NCBI GenBank assembly: GCA_012295275.1
Contig: CM022675.1
Location: 6,758,001-6,822,000, forward strand
Direction: 5' to 3'
Source of the DNA: Chrysomallon squamiferum
Taxonomy: Eukaryota; Animalia; Mollusca
Length of the DNA: 64,000 bases
The number at the start of each line of letters is the position of its first letter. The first letter of the stretch is position 1. Positions 12,601-25,255 of the stretch are shown here, in pieces. Under the pieces are notes generated by a model. That model searched no databases. It saw nothing but the letters and a program-made list of their open reading frames with translations, and had not been told where the DNA came from. The position numbers and the translations under genes are program-made.

Positions 12601-13352
12601 TCATTACTTCAGTTAAAAAAATAATTAAAATAATTAATTTGTTTATTTCAGGTGACTTTGCCGTGTTATTAAAGGCAGGGATGACAGTCAAACAGGCCAT
12701 CATCTACAACTGTGTGTCCTCCATTCTCTGCTTTTTTGGCATGTTTGTCGGCATCGGCCTCGGCAACATCCACGAGGCAACGTCGTGGATCTTTGCGTGT
12801 GTCGCTGGAATGTTTCTCTACATTGCTCTTGTTGATATGGTGAGTGTTGAATTGTTCTTGTTGATGTGGTGAGTGTTGAACTGACTTGTTGATGTGATGA
12901 GTGTTGAATTGACTTGTTGATGTGGTGAGTGTTGAACTGACTTGTTGATGTGGTGAGTGTTGAACTGACTTGTTGATTTAGTATTTCTTCCATTGACTAA
13001 CTGATGAGCTTGACAGATACATTTTACAGATAAATAAGATATCGGAGACAAAATTGGTTTTTGTTTGTATGTGTTTTCAGTGGGAATTGGTGTGACATAG
13101 AAAGGTAATACATGTGAAATAATCATTTTTAATCTCTCCTTTGTATAATGTATGTTTTAGGAAATCTGTAATAAAAAAAAGATTTTTTTGTTTTTTTTTC
13201 AGCTGCCAGAAATGACATCAATTGACAGTAAGAAAGGAGAGAGTCCTTTCTTCCATCTCATGTTTCAATGCTCTGGAATCGCTGTTGGTACAGTAATAAT
13301 GCTGCTAATTGCAATCTATGAAGACACTCTTCTTGACATGTTTGAGGAATAA
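1..13352 (+). CDS. SLC39A10: LIV-1 family zinc transporter ZIP10/ZIP6/foi-like, copy A (8 coding exons, about 854 aa)
   Basis: Exons 1-954, 4178-4484, 5168-5337, 7776-7946, 9214-9430, 10429-10836, 12652-12839, 13203-13352 join in frame with GT-AG ends (2565 nt). Signal peptide, PAL-like [25 protein letters not shown], His-rich loop, [10 protein letters not shown] and [10 protein letters not shown] (HEXPHE) motifs. Confidence 0.93.
2520..3295. repeat. About 210-bp tandem repeat, about 3.5 copies, in ZIP A intron 1
   Basis: ttccatgatttcatg at 2581, 2791, 3003; gaaatgcagac..caaactttatgatata at 2701, 2911, about 3114, 3261. Confidence 0.9.
4178..4484 (+). CDS. SLC39A10: ZIP copy A exon 2 (PAL-motif domain)
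   Basis: tttcag acceptor; [40 protein letters not shown]; donor GTGAGC. Confidence 0.9.
5168..5337 (+). CDS. SLC39A10: ZIP copy A exon 3 (TM1-TM2)
   Basis: [16 protein letters not shown]...[18 protein letters not shown]; ttttcag / GTAAGT. Confidence 0.93.
5338..5625. repeat. Degenerate about 40-bp tandem repeat beginning at the ZIP A exon 3 donor
   Basis: Recurrent taagttttaattaaaa..tatattttt..ttttctgtctca; homologous array at 27110-27340. Confidence 0.75.
7776..7946 (+). CDS. SLC39A10: ZIP copy A exon 4 (TM3)
   Basis: AIGAH...[19 protein letters not shown]; ttcag / GTAAAG; phase 0-0. Confidence 0.9.
8445..9220. repeat. About 70-85-bp tandem repeat running into the ZIP A exon 5 acceptor
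   Basis: Recurrent ttttgaggtatattactgtgaatttaacagccataaatattaatatttaaaaaaa. Confidence 0.9.
9214..9430 (+). CDS. SLC39A10: ZIP copy A exon 5 (cytosolic loop)
   Basis: ccag acceptor, GTGAGT donor; phase 0-1 bridges exons 4 and 6; same phase as copy B exon 5. Confidence 0.8.
9439..9930. repeat. Compound hexamer microsatellite (GACATA/GACACA/TACACA/GATATA)
   Basis: Direct inspection; produces spurious DT/VS/CL ORFs. Confidence 0.95.
9945..10390. repeat. About 31-bp minisatellite
   Basis: Recurrent gtactaatccattatatatttttcatttca. Confidence 0.88.
10429..10836 (+). CDS. SLC39A10: ZIP copy A exon 6 (His-rich loop, TM4, TM5)
   Basis: [43 protein letters not shown]; NAGNAG acceptor; donor GTACGT. 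Confidence 0.93.
12652..12839 (+). CDS. SLC39A10: ZIP copy A exon 7 (TM6-TM7)
   Basis: [16 protein letters not shown]...[12 protein letters not shown]; tttcag / GTGAGT. Confidence 0.93.
12828..12977 (+). repeat. 28-bp tandem repeat (about 5 copies) spanning the ZIP A exon 7 donor
   Basis: cttgttgatgtggtgagtgttgaactga units. Confidence 0.93.
13203..13352 (+). CDS. SLC39A10: ZIP copy A exon 8 (TM8 and stop)
   Basis: [49 protein letters not shown]; polypyrimidine plus cag acceptor. Confidence 0.92.
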   Translation: MPEMTSIDSKKGESPFFHLMFQCSGIAVGTVIMLLIAIYEDTLLDMFEE

Positions 13353-13902
13353 TTATCTCAAATACTGGCTTTATAATGATCACATTTTCTTTTTGAACTG
13401 TATAAACAGTTTTATATTGGACATTTTTAGAACTGTCAAAGGCAAAGGGCTTTAATTCTTCCTTGTTTTTCCATGTTACGATTGCACACACAGTCAACTG
13501 GTTGCGTAACATAAAAACGCAATCAAAAGATAACTTTTTTGTTATGTTATTATTTTAAGAACAAATATCATTTGATTATCTGTCTCACTTGTTAAGAATT
13601 TTACTTTCAGTTTTTATAAATTTCAGAATTTTTTAATTTTATTTTTTTGTTGTTGTTGTCATGGTTACTGTAAAAGTGAATACTTTTGCTGAACACTAGT
13701 ATGTACTTACTTCTATTATAAACAGTTCCAGAATCAAGTATTCTGCAGTTCAGTGTCTTTATCAAGCCAATGCATAATATGCATATGCATTTTGTTACTG
13801 ATGCTGGACAGTTCATTGTCTTAAAGTGACCAAATTGAATTTATATTTATAGAGATCATCTGAAATTTTCAGAGTAACAGAAAATAATAAATAAAGTTAA
13901 AT

Positions 13903-13938
<36 letters not shown>

Positions 13939-16541
13939 CACTTTTAAAACAAAATTATTTACATGATGTGTACAAACAAAAGAAATCTACAAAACGAAAT
14001 TCACACAATTAATAAAAATTTGTTTAATATATTCTGACTTGTAAATATTATGAACCAGAAGATTCTAAGATAGTAACATCAAATACAAGGCATTGCAACA
14101 GCAGAGTAATTCACATTTAATATTAACTACACTCTAGTCAAAATGTTTATATAGTTCAAATTCAGCATCAGTATTTTTTTATTATTATTATTTTTTAACA
14201 ATGTGTTCCTAAGTAAAACAAAAAAGTCAAATGTGCTAAGCAGTTTGATACCTAGAGTTTGAAGATGAAAAAAAACAAATATGTACAGTTTTATGCTTTT
14301 TATCAAAACTTTGCTACTTTATATTATTTTTATTTCTAATTACTGGTATATATTTCTAGATAATATATTTTTAAAATACTATTTAAAGAAATCAAGAAAT
14401 ATATATAGATATATATATATATCCATAGTGTATATATATATATATATAAGAATTGTGGTGTGAAATGTTTTTAAATGTTAAGAAAAGTTCACAAGCTTTT
14501 ATTCTTTTTTTTTCTTTCTTTCTTACTAATTTATTTTTAGGCTTTATTACTATTTTTTTATATATTATTTTTTAATTATTATTTATTTATTTTATTTTAT
14601 TTTATTTTATTGCAGCTTAAAAAATTCAGTAAAAAATGTTCTCAGTATTTAATAACAACATTATAAAGACTACTACTACTACTGATCTTTGTCAAGTTAA
14701 AACAGAACAAAATACTTATGCGTGGATCCACAAAAATAACCTGGATTCATGTCGCAAACAAGGACAGAAAATACAAATGATGAAGAGCAAAAACTAAACT
14801 TTCCTTCAATTCAGAATAAAAAATAAAAAATAAAAACAAGAAAATTTCATCATAATTATACTGACGTCTGCAACCAGAACACAAAGACCCTCCCCCATCA
14901 AAAAAAAAAGACCGTCATTCCATCAAAACTGTGATAAAAGTAAGGGAGCTAACTCTAAGAAAGAATCGCTTACAGGTATCAAATGTTTTCATCCCAGTCA
15001 ATTTTTGTATACGATGTATTTTCAGTTATATACTTTATATCCAATTTTTCACTCTGAGGGATTTTTTTGACTTACTATTTACTTTTTGGTTGTTTATTCT
15101 GACTAACAGTACAATTCATTATGTTGTTGGGTTTTTTCTTTTCTTAATCACTATAATACAATTTTTCACATTTTTGTGTAATGTATAATGTATGTAATCA
15201 ACTTGTGTAATGTATATATGTTGTATGCATGCTTAATTTATATTTTAATAATGTGAAAAAGGAAAAAAAAAAAAAAACCCATGTCATTGGTTATTGAAAA
15301 TGAGTAAATAAACTTTATCAAGAAATATATATTTTTGTAACATGTAGATAAGAGAAATATTATTAGCTGTGTGTAAGATTGAAGAACAATATATAAATAA
15401 AGATTGTTTGAAATATATTTGATATATACTTATTAATGTTTATGTCCCAAAAAAACAACTAAAATTTTAAGTTTAATTTTAATTATTTTCTAGTACCAGC
15501 ACTTTCAGAAGTACATTGCTCTTAAATATTTTAGTGACACAATTATCAATATTTTTATTATTATTATTATTATATTAAAAATATATATATATTAAATATT
15601 TTTATTGGAATAGGATTCTGTTCTGGTAATATCAACTTTGAAAAGTTTACTTTTTTTTTAAATGACAAACATAATTTAAAATAAAATTATTTCCTTGATT
15701 TAGAACATTTGACAGTAAATAAATTAATTATATGTGGGTTATAAAAATCTACAAAAATATTGCCAGTAAAATCAGTATTACAGAGAAGAATTAACTTGGT
15801 ATACATTACAGAAGGTGTTTTATATACAAACTGTTTTTTGTTAGTGATTAATTCATAGGAAATAGTATTTACTAAACAGTAGTATTTAATTAGCAACACA
15901 TCAGCATTGTTTTTTATGTTGATATTTAGTAACTTTTCCTAATCTTACACAGCTGTTATCCATAAATTAATGGTGGACTTTTGAATTTTTCTTTGAATTG
16001 TGAAAATGTATAATTGTCACATGTTTAAAACATTATAGTGCTTTCTTTTTTTATTTTCAATTTGAGCAGAATGCATATTTTACTTTTTATAACACATTTT
16101 TCTTTATTGTTCACATAGAAACAATAAAATTGTTTATGATTTTTGTTATATTGTTGTTTTTTCCCGTTTATATAATATTTAATGATTTTATTTATTACTT
16201 TGGCTCCAAAACATATTTATAATTCATGATATTTCTTTGGCAAATGAAGAATTTAAAGCAGTTTTTAAGTACTTCTTTCTTTTTACTTTTCTTTTTTCTT
16301 TATTTATTTCTTCTTTTTTTTCTCTTTTTCTTTTTTTTTAATTGCTGCTGCATCTGCTACTGCTACTGCTACTACTATCAACATCACTATTACTACTACT
16401 ATAGTTTCTTTATTTCTTTCCATTTTCTCATTCAGTTGTTAGCAAGATATCAAACAATATACCTTTTGAGTTTTATAGTTATTATTATGATAAAGTTCCA
16501 GGGAATTTTTTTTATTTTTATTTTTTATTTTTATTTTATTT

Positions 16542-16645
<104 letters not shown>

Positions 16646-17001
16646 TTCCAATAAAGAGGAGAAAAAAAAAAAAACATGACGAGCTATGATAAACCAGACA
16701 CGTGTTATGAGCTGATACAAATATCGAATAAGAACAGCAGCATTAGAACAATTATTCAGCTGAACTTTCCAGTGCGGAATAATGAAATAAATTCAGGGGG
16801 GGGGGAATTGAAGCAAGTTATAATTAAGAGTTCGGTTTAGTCTTCCATAAAAATTACCATGGTGAATTAGGTCATGTTAATTTGCACAGTTTTTGAATTA
16901 AATTGAACCAACCAAAATGATAACCATTAAAACAGCCAATAACTCGATAATTTGTCCGTAATTTATCTTCAAGACTGGCTGGATATAAACGCTGGGGGAA
17001 A

Positions 17002-17038
<37 letters not shown>

Positions 17039-17151
17039 TTCTTCCGTGAAACTGTGATTGAATAAAATTTATGATTATGAAATTTTGCTTTAATTTTGTC
17101 TGATTTATTTTATTTTATTTTATTTTATTATAATTATTATTAAAATTATTT

Positions 17152-17185
<34 letters not shown>

Positions 17186-19716
17186 GGGGGGGTATTTTTT
17201 TTAGTTGGTTGGTATTCTCAAGTGCGCATGTAAATTCGCTTGTTTCCGGTAAGAGTTACTAACTGATGAGATACAGTATAAACATTTCTGATATTAATTA
17301 TTATTCATAAACCCATACAAAAGGTATTTTTCCACGCTGTCACAGGAAAGGCGTCGGGAATCAATTGAAGACAGAACATCTCAATGACATTTTTAAGAAA
17401 TAAGGATATTTACTGAGTGCAACGACCTTGAATTAAGTCCCCCTAAATGCTAATTTACGTGATATGCAAAAGACTTTTAAAATGTATAGTGGGTTATCGA
17501 AGTAGGACATCTGGTTATTGACCTTGCCAGAGAGACGTGATGGGCTGCACACTACACTCAACCTAGTTCCGTGCGCAGTAGTGAGGCGCACTATTACAAA
17601 TACCTACCCGACGAAGATAAAAATACTTTTCCTGAAATATACACTCGTCTTCCTGTCCCCATTGCCCGCTATGAATACGGTTGTTTTCAGAAATACAGGT
17701 GGGAAAGGTGGAAAATGCAAATAAAAATGTACGGATTTTATATATATATATATTTGTTGAATGTGAATGAGAGAAAAAAATAATTTCAATTTTTGTGTTC
17801 GTTTTTGATAAATCGCTAAGTTAATGTTAATGGGCTTATATTTTGACGTTCCTGTCAGAATATTTTGTTTGTATTTTAGTTTCCAATATATAATGTGCAT
17901 ATTTATTTTATGTTTTAATTTATTATACACGAACAAACCAAAGTTTTACATCACATGTAATATTGTTTTTATTTCCATTCTCGTAAGCGATTTTTTAAAA
18001 ATATTTTAAAAATACACTAGTTATAATATACTGTTTGGAAGGAAATATTGCCAGCTTCAGCCGTTATTTCATATAATATTAATTTGTCAGTTAATTCTAA
18101 TTTTTAAAAAACTAAATAAAAAAATTATCTATTAATTCATTAATTCATGTTTCTACGATATTTTCCACTTTCGTGAATATCTTCGCGTATGTAACGAACT
18201 TTATGATATTCACGCTGCAAAATCGACCATTGTTGAACAAACAATATTTTCCCCAATGACTGAGAGAAATAGAAAAATAATCTCGATCACCTATAATATA
18301 TTTTTTATTCTGTTATGTTAGTTCATTTGATATGTGTGTATTTACATACAGCATAAGTGTATAAAGAAAAAATTTATATTTAGATAGATAGGTAGAGAGA
18401 TGCAGACAGATGGATATATAAATTACCTGACAGAAAGAGAGAGATAGAAAAAGTAAATAATAAGAATCTGTAACAGATAAATGTATTTCATTTCTGAAAA
18501 AAAAAAGAGAAAAAAAAAGAGCTTTGAACGGACATTTAATGCTTGAACACAAATAGGCCTAAGTGATATGGTACATTTAAATCTACTACATAAATAATTT
18601 GTGTTGAACATGTATTGCCTTTGTATAAATGTACCATGTGTGTTTGTGAAAGTATCTCTATTCACACATACATACACCTAAATAATATACGTACATGCAT
18701 ACAGATTTTGTGCATGTTTATTTTTTAAAAAAGGTTAGTTTCTAGAGATAAATAAATAACAATAAAAAGAATGGAAAGAAAAATAAATAAAAATAATGTA
18801 GGGAAGAAATGTAAAAAGAAAAAATGAACAAAGAAAGAAAGAAGAAATGGAATAAATAATGAATGAATTTAAAATATAGAAATAAATGAAGAAGAAAACG
18901 GGAGAAAAAAAAAACCCAGAGAAAACAACTTAAACAGAAGAAAAACAACACCAGAAACCAAAATTAGAAAAAAAAGAGAAACACAATAACAAATTCATAC
19001 CCGTTTGTTTCCGCTTAACTGGTTTTCAATGAAAGGAATTCAGTTTTTTATCATCATTCCGAATTCACAAGGAACCGTGCGCAACTTTTCTATTATTTTG
19101 TCTCTTATGAAACGTGTGCAAAACTCTTCTTCCATTTTACTTTTGCACACAGAACTAATCAGTTTAGATTTCGTGATAAGATTTGTGACGAAATATGTAC
19201 GTTCATGATTCGATGCCGTGATTGCCTTTTTGACATTTCAGTTTTGTTTTCTTCGTATATAGTAAATTTCATCATGTTTTTGCCTTGGCCTTCACGTGAT
19301 AAACATTATGTCATACACATGTGCATTAGGTATATAATTACACACGATGGGGGGAAAAGGGAGTGAAAGAAAGATAATTTATACAACAGATGTTATCATT
19401 AATCGTTAAATCATTAAGTCACGATATTTTTTTTTTGTCTGCGATTTGATTCTGAATACATACATCTGTGTAAAGTTACTTTTTTTGATTTAATTTATTT
19501 CACTCATTTATGAAATTCACTATTTATTCGATTAAAGTTAAGTATATTTGATATTCTATGTGACCAAAAAAATAAAAAAGAAGACTGTTACATTTACACA
19601 ATTACTTCTTTTTTTAAGTAAGATAATCACTGTTTTAGATAATTTTTAAACAGTATGTATTTGTTGCACTTATATAAAAGTTCAAATTTCCCCCACCCCA
19701 GTAATATTGATTGTAC

Positions 19717-19761
<45 letters not shown>

Positions 19762-20389
19762 CATCACCATCATTGTCATCATCATGCGATTTCGTCAGAT
19801 ATTAACTACTAGGTGAATCATATTGTTTATATAATTTGGACATTAAAAGTTGTATAATTTTTAACGAAATCTTATTAACAAGAAATCATCATTAAATTTG
19901 TATCACCTTTTTGAATTTATCGAAACTGCTGACGTTTGCTATCAGTCTATCATCACCTGTTCCTGTTGTGACGTAATCAGCCTTCCCCGACTTCCAATTT
20001 TAGCAAATACAAATGCTTGAAGAATGTAAGAATGACGTTTAGTACAAATTTTACGTCCTATATACGTGATGATTTGCAGACGCATATTTCATCGATACGT
20101 CAGTGTGATTATCTTTGAATGAACTAAATCTCTTAACGTAACATCTTATCACAATCCAGCCCTCGAACTAAACAGAAAATCAGCACACAGATCGTATTTG
20201 TTACAACCAGCGTCTGAATTTATGACATTTGGTGTTCATTGTTATCACGACTACCTTCATGATTTCCATTTGATCAATTTGCACGGATTTTTGGAATGAA
20301 AGGGTGCAGTGATCTGTCCTTCTCAGTATCCGTTATGTTTGGGTGTTTTGTTTTGTTTTCTTTGTTGTTTTTGTCTTTTCCTCTGTTCC

Positions 20390-20500
20390 AAAGATCCTGG
20401 TATATGTTTTGCTGTATATGGGAAGGTCAATGTGAATAATACTTGCTGCTAACCGGTAACAGCAGCCTCATCTCTGGTGGCAGCAAGTTTTCTGTTTCAT
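20390..20500 (+). mobile_element. Degenerate SINE central-domain remnant (Meta-domain-like)
   Basis: caaagatcctggtatatgttttgctgtatatgggaaggt...cttgctgctaa...gtggcagcaagttttct resembles 30395-30510 and 59870-60005; family assignment is from memory. Confidence 0.45.
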
Positions 20501-20704
20501 TAATAATTCAATACGACAACAGCAATAATAAAAACTTTAAAAATTTTTTAATAAAATAAATAAAATAAAACAATATTTTATTAAGTAGTTATTCAGTGTA
20601 CCTGCATAATAATGATTTAATTTAATTTGAAGGAATGACTATTACATAAAAGCAGTCTTACTTTGAACTAGCATTCGTCAACCCCTCGCGGAAAATAAAA
20701 CAGT

Positions 20705-20795
<91 letters not shown>

Positions 20796-21258
20796 CATTC
20801 ATTTAAAGTTTAAGCCATCTCACAAACACAAAGAGGTACTCAGTGATACACGCCATATTTTTATTTTTCTAGTGCTTATTACCATGTGTTTACGGTTGAA
20901 AACAGCAAACAAATGGGGCCCAAATAAACACTCCATTCACCGATAAAGGTTGTTTTCGCAATATATTTACTTAGGTCAACTTTGTCCAGCTAAGTAGAAA
21001 CACACACTGTGGTTTTCTCTGAGACCTCTAAATCCTTTGAAATGTTGCCCATAACAATATGACGCAAGTAAAAATTATCACAATTACGCAATTTCACCAC
21101 AGGATACAATCATAACAACAAACATCGAAGTTTGCACGATAACTATGCGGTGAATATGGAGGAGGATCGTTTATACCCGTATAAAAGATATTGTTTTTGT
21201 ACGCGGTCGATAATTTGAAAATTAAATATGGCTATCTATTCTATTTCACTGCATTATT

Positions 21259-21322
<64 letters not shown>

Positions 21323-21820
21323 CGAATAAATTAGTATTACATTAGTGTGTTAATATTATGATTCAAACGTTTAGAATAAATTTAAAATAAATAAATAAAA
21401 CCTCTCACTCTGTACAAAAAGGTGAGAATAGGCGAATGAATGAGAGAAGAAAGCCCATTTAAGTATGCTTATGAAATTGGTAAGACACGTGACCTTGTCA
21501 TTGTACGGTCATTTAACCTCGTGGACCTAATCAAGGTTCAGTAGTGTGTCTATAGAGATTTTCATTAACGGGAAGAAAGATTTTAAAAATTTATTATTTA
21601 TTTATTTATTTATTTATTTATTAATAAAATCCATTAACGAGAGGACGCACCATTTTCAAGCAGGTAGGAAGAAGATTTCACGGTATTCGGAAAAAAAAAA
21701 CATTTTTTATTTGCATGGTCTACTTCCTAACTCGCGTATTGTCGCATCTTATCATGACTGTGAAACTTGAGTGGCTTCGCAAAACTTGATTCTCCGTGAC
21801 CGACAGTGACACCGATTATA

Positions 21821-21854
21821 TATAAAAGAAAATATTCAGACGTGTTTAGCAGTA
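21821..21854 (+). promoter_or_regulatory. Candidate TATA box and initiator for ZIP copy B
   Basis: TATAAAAG at 21821-21828; CAGT with its A at 21851, 30 nt downstream and 25 nt before the ATG; CpG-rich context. Confidence 0.5.
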
Positions 21855-21875
21855 AGTCAGCACAAAAATCGAACG

Positions 21876-22756
21876 ATGTACAACAATCTCGCTTTTACCT
21901 GTCGGCTCTTGGGCATTCTCTCCCTGTGGTTGTATGAACACGCCCCAGGTGCGGCAGCCCAAGAGCTGGGCCAGACCACGCCTGATCCGAAAGCAGACGA
22001 TGCTCTGGGATCGAATCCGCCGAAGATTCTTCACGTTCATCATCATGATAACGGTTTTCGGATAAAAGCGTACACAACGCAAGACGTAGCTCTTGAAGAG
22101 GGGAAGTATTTTGCGTCGCTTCTGTTCGCTAAATACGGCAGAAACACGAAAAGCGTGCATAAGAAGGACTTGATCAATCTTTTCCACAATCTCGGACTAA
22201 ACGGAAGCGAGAAATCGGAATTTGGTTTTCCGCTGTCGGCGTACGAACACGAGCACGTGCTGATTCACAAGCATTTAAACGTCCACCACAATCATCATCT
22301 GAAATACAACTTGATCCCAGAAAATTAAAGAAGAAAGATTTCGAGGAAAGAAAAGAAGTTGACGAACCGAATCCAAGCATTAAGAAAACGGACAGGCCTA
22401 CGTTTGAAAAGGACATCGATCGAACGACTGGAAGTCACACTGAAGCGCCGTCTGCCGATTTATCGAATCACGAAAAAAGAACGACATTCCAAGATCTCGA
22501 AATTAACACGCATTTTAGTCCGAGTGACGTTGTTACGACTCCTGTCGTTGTGTCTAAATCAGACAGCGATGACGCTGTTAAATCAGACGAAACTTCTAAA
22601 CGAAATGACGAGAAGAAGAAGACCAAAAGCCGTACCCGTACGAAGAAAGGACGGAACAAGAAAAACAGAAATAAGAAGAATAAAAAAGTTAGACGTCGGC
22701 CTGAAAGAGATGTTTCCAAACATCCAGTTCACCATTACCATAACGACCATACTCGG
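21876..22756 (+). CDS. SLC39A10: ZIP copy B exon 1 (signal peptide and ectodomain; contains a -1 frame break)
   Basis: [15 protein letters not shown] matches copy A; 0-frame stops at 22328; -1 frame is open 22163-22774 and encodes the polybasic tract up to donor GTAAGT at 22757. Confidence 0.82.
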
Positions 22757-22819
22757 GTAAGTGCAACAATATAGTAAGTGGCTATAGACTGATATATTTT
22801 CTTACTACTGCTACTCTCA

Positions 22820-22871
<52 letters not shown>

Positions 22872-22951
22872 TGATAATGATAATAATTATGATGATAATG
22901 ATAATAATGATGATAATAATAATAATGATGATGATAATGATGATGATGATG

Positions 22952-22993
<42 letters not shown>

Positions 22994-24609
22994 GAATAAT
23001 AACAAAGAATAAGGCAAATAAGAAAAGTCATACAATATTCTTGTTTACCAAACAACAACCCATCCTTAAGATTTTCGTTACATCACATTCAAACCATACA
23101 TCGCTGAATAACAAAAACTGATACCTTTTAAGGCTATAGACGAATAAACAAAGAAACAAAACAAACAAATAAATAACAAAACAAAAAACAACATTGTTAC
23201 TGTTACTTTGTGCAATTTCTACTACTATTTCCTCTTCTATTTTTACTGATATTACTCCTACCGTTATTACAACTATTACTATCACAACTTCTACCACTAA
23301 TTTTGATTATTGTCTATTATTACTGCTACTGTTGTTATTAATTCAAAGATGTTGTGCAGCTATTATTACTATTTGTAATATACTATTAGTGCTGCTACTA
23401 CTACTTTACTGTTACTACTACTGCGACATCTACTGCTACTACTACTGCGACATCTACTGCTACTACTACTGCGACATCTACTGCTACTACTACCACTGTA
23501 GATAGTTACAAGTATTATTACTTCTGCTATTACTTCTATTACAATTACTACTAAGTTTTGTACCAAAACTAGTTAGTACTCTTTTACTATTACTAATACT
23601 ATGATTACTACTATTTCTACTATTACTGTTACCACTACTACCATTATTTCTACTATTGCTTCTATTATGACTACTATTTTTTATACCAAAACTATTCTTT
23701 TACTACTGTTACTATTACTACTACTACGATTGCTACTATTTCTACTGTAACAGCTACTACTTCTACTACTACCGTTACCACTACTACCATTACTTCTGCT
23801 ATTACAACTATTATTTTTTTATACCAAAACTAGTTATTACTCTTCAACTACTTTTACTACTACTACGATTACTACTACTTCTTTTGTAACAACTACAACT
23901 TCTTCTACTACTACTGTTGCTACTACTACGATTACTACTACTACTACCGTTACTGTTACTACTACTACGATTACTACTACTTCTACTACTGTTAAGATTA
24001 CTACTACTATGTATACTACAACAACTACTACTGCTATTTCTGTTACTTCTGCAACTACTACTTCTACTACAACAGTAACTACTACTACTATTGTGATAAT
24101 GTATTACCTCTGTTAGCTCTGATTCGTCGTTTATTTCTGCTGCTGTTAGTCTTAGGCCGCCGTCTGCTATTCAACATTTACAATTAGCCAAAATCTGTAC
24201 GTCTGCTAAACATCTAACAATTCTCAATACAAGATGCTTATACAACTGATTTCTATTATTTTCAGTTATTATTATTGTCGTCGTTGTTGTTGCTGCTGCT
24301 GCTTGCTGCTGTTGTTATTGTGGTGGTTGTTGTTCAGCTTCTCCAGTTACTTGTAAATGTCCTAATCCTTTTTCAGATTTTTTTTTTTTTTTTTTTTTTT
24401 GTATCTTTGCTTATCAGCGTTATTTGCGTTATTTAAAATGCGAAGGCTTTTGTTACAAATACTATTTATTATTTACTCGTGTCAAAAAAAAAAAAAAAAG
24501 ATAAGGAAAATGATATTTTGTTATCTAGTACAAATTTTTTCACATCCTCACTCACGTTTTATTTACCACAAAACAGAAAACGTGCGACCTTCAAGATTTG
24601 AAATGAAAC

Positions 24610-24657
<48 letters not shown>

Positions 24658-24782
24658 AAAAAAGAGAAAAGATGTACACATTTATATACATGGACATAGA
24701 TATACATATATTATCATGCGCACATATATAAAAACGTCTGAACAAACTTGACTAAATTGAAAAAAATGATAAAATGTATTAT

Positions 24783-24851
<69 letters not shown>

Positions 24852-25224
24852 AAACTGATTTAATATGAGAGTATGATTTAAACTTTTGGAATAAATATAT
24901 AAATGTATAAATAAAACCTCTCACTCAGTTAAATTCTAAATAAAAACTCCATCGACTCACAAAAAGGTAGTGCATATAGATTATTAGATTTTATTTTATT
25001 TTATTTATTTTTTATTCAAAACAATGCTATGTCTATTTCATATTCAATTTGTCATTAAGATTCAGTGAATTCTAAATTTAACTGCGTCCTTGTCTTTGGG
25101 AAAAAAAATGATGAAATTGCTAACGCATAGTAAACAACAAAAACAAAAACGTGCTGGATTCTGATTCGTTGTAGCTGGAGAGAGGAAAATTCTAAACAAG
25201 TTGTATAAAAATCAGAACAAAAAA

Positions 25225-25255
<31 letters not shown>

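Noticed and set aside
21490-21497. TGACCTTG nuclear-receptor (ERR/SF-1-like) sites near ZIP B (also 17519, about 27644, about 27714)
   Set aside because: Short motif that recurs in repeat-like contexts; enrichment cannot be shown by eye.
22359-22760. 133-aa Arg-rich ORF as an overlapping gene
   Set aside because: TTG start and an alternate frame of ZIP B exon 1; no independent support.
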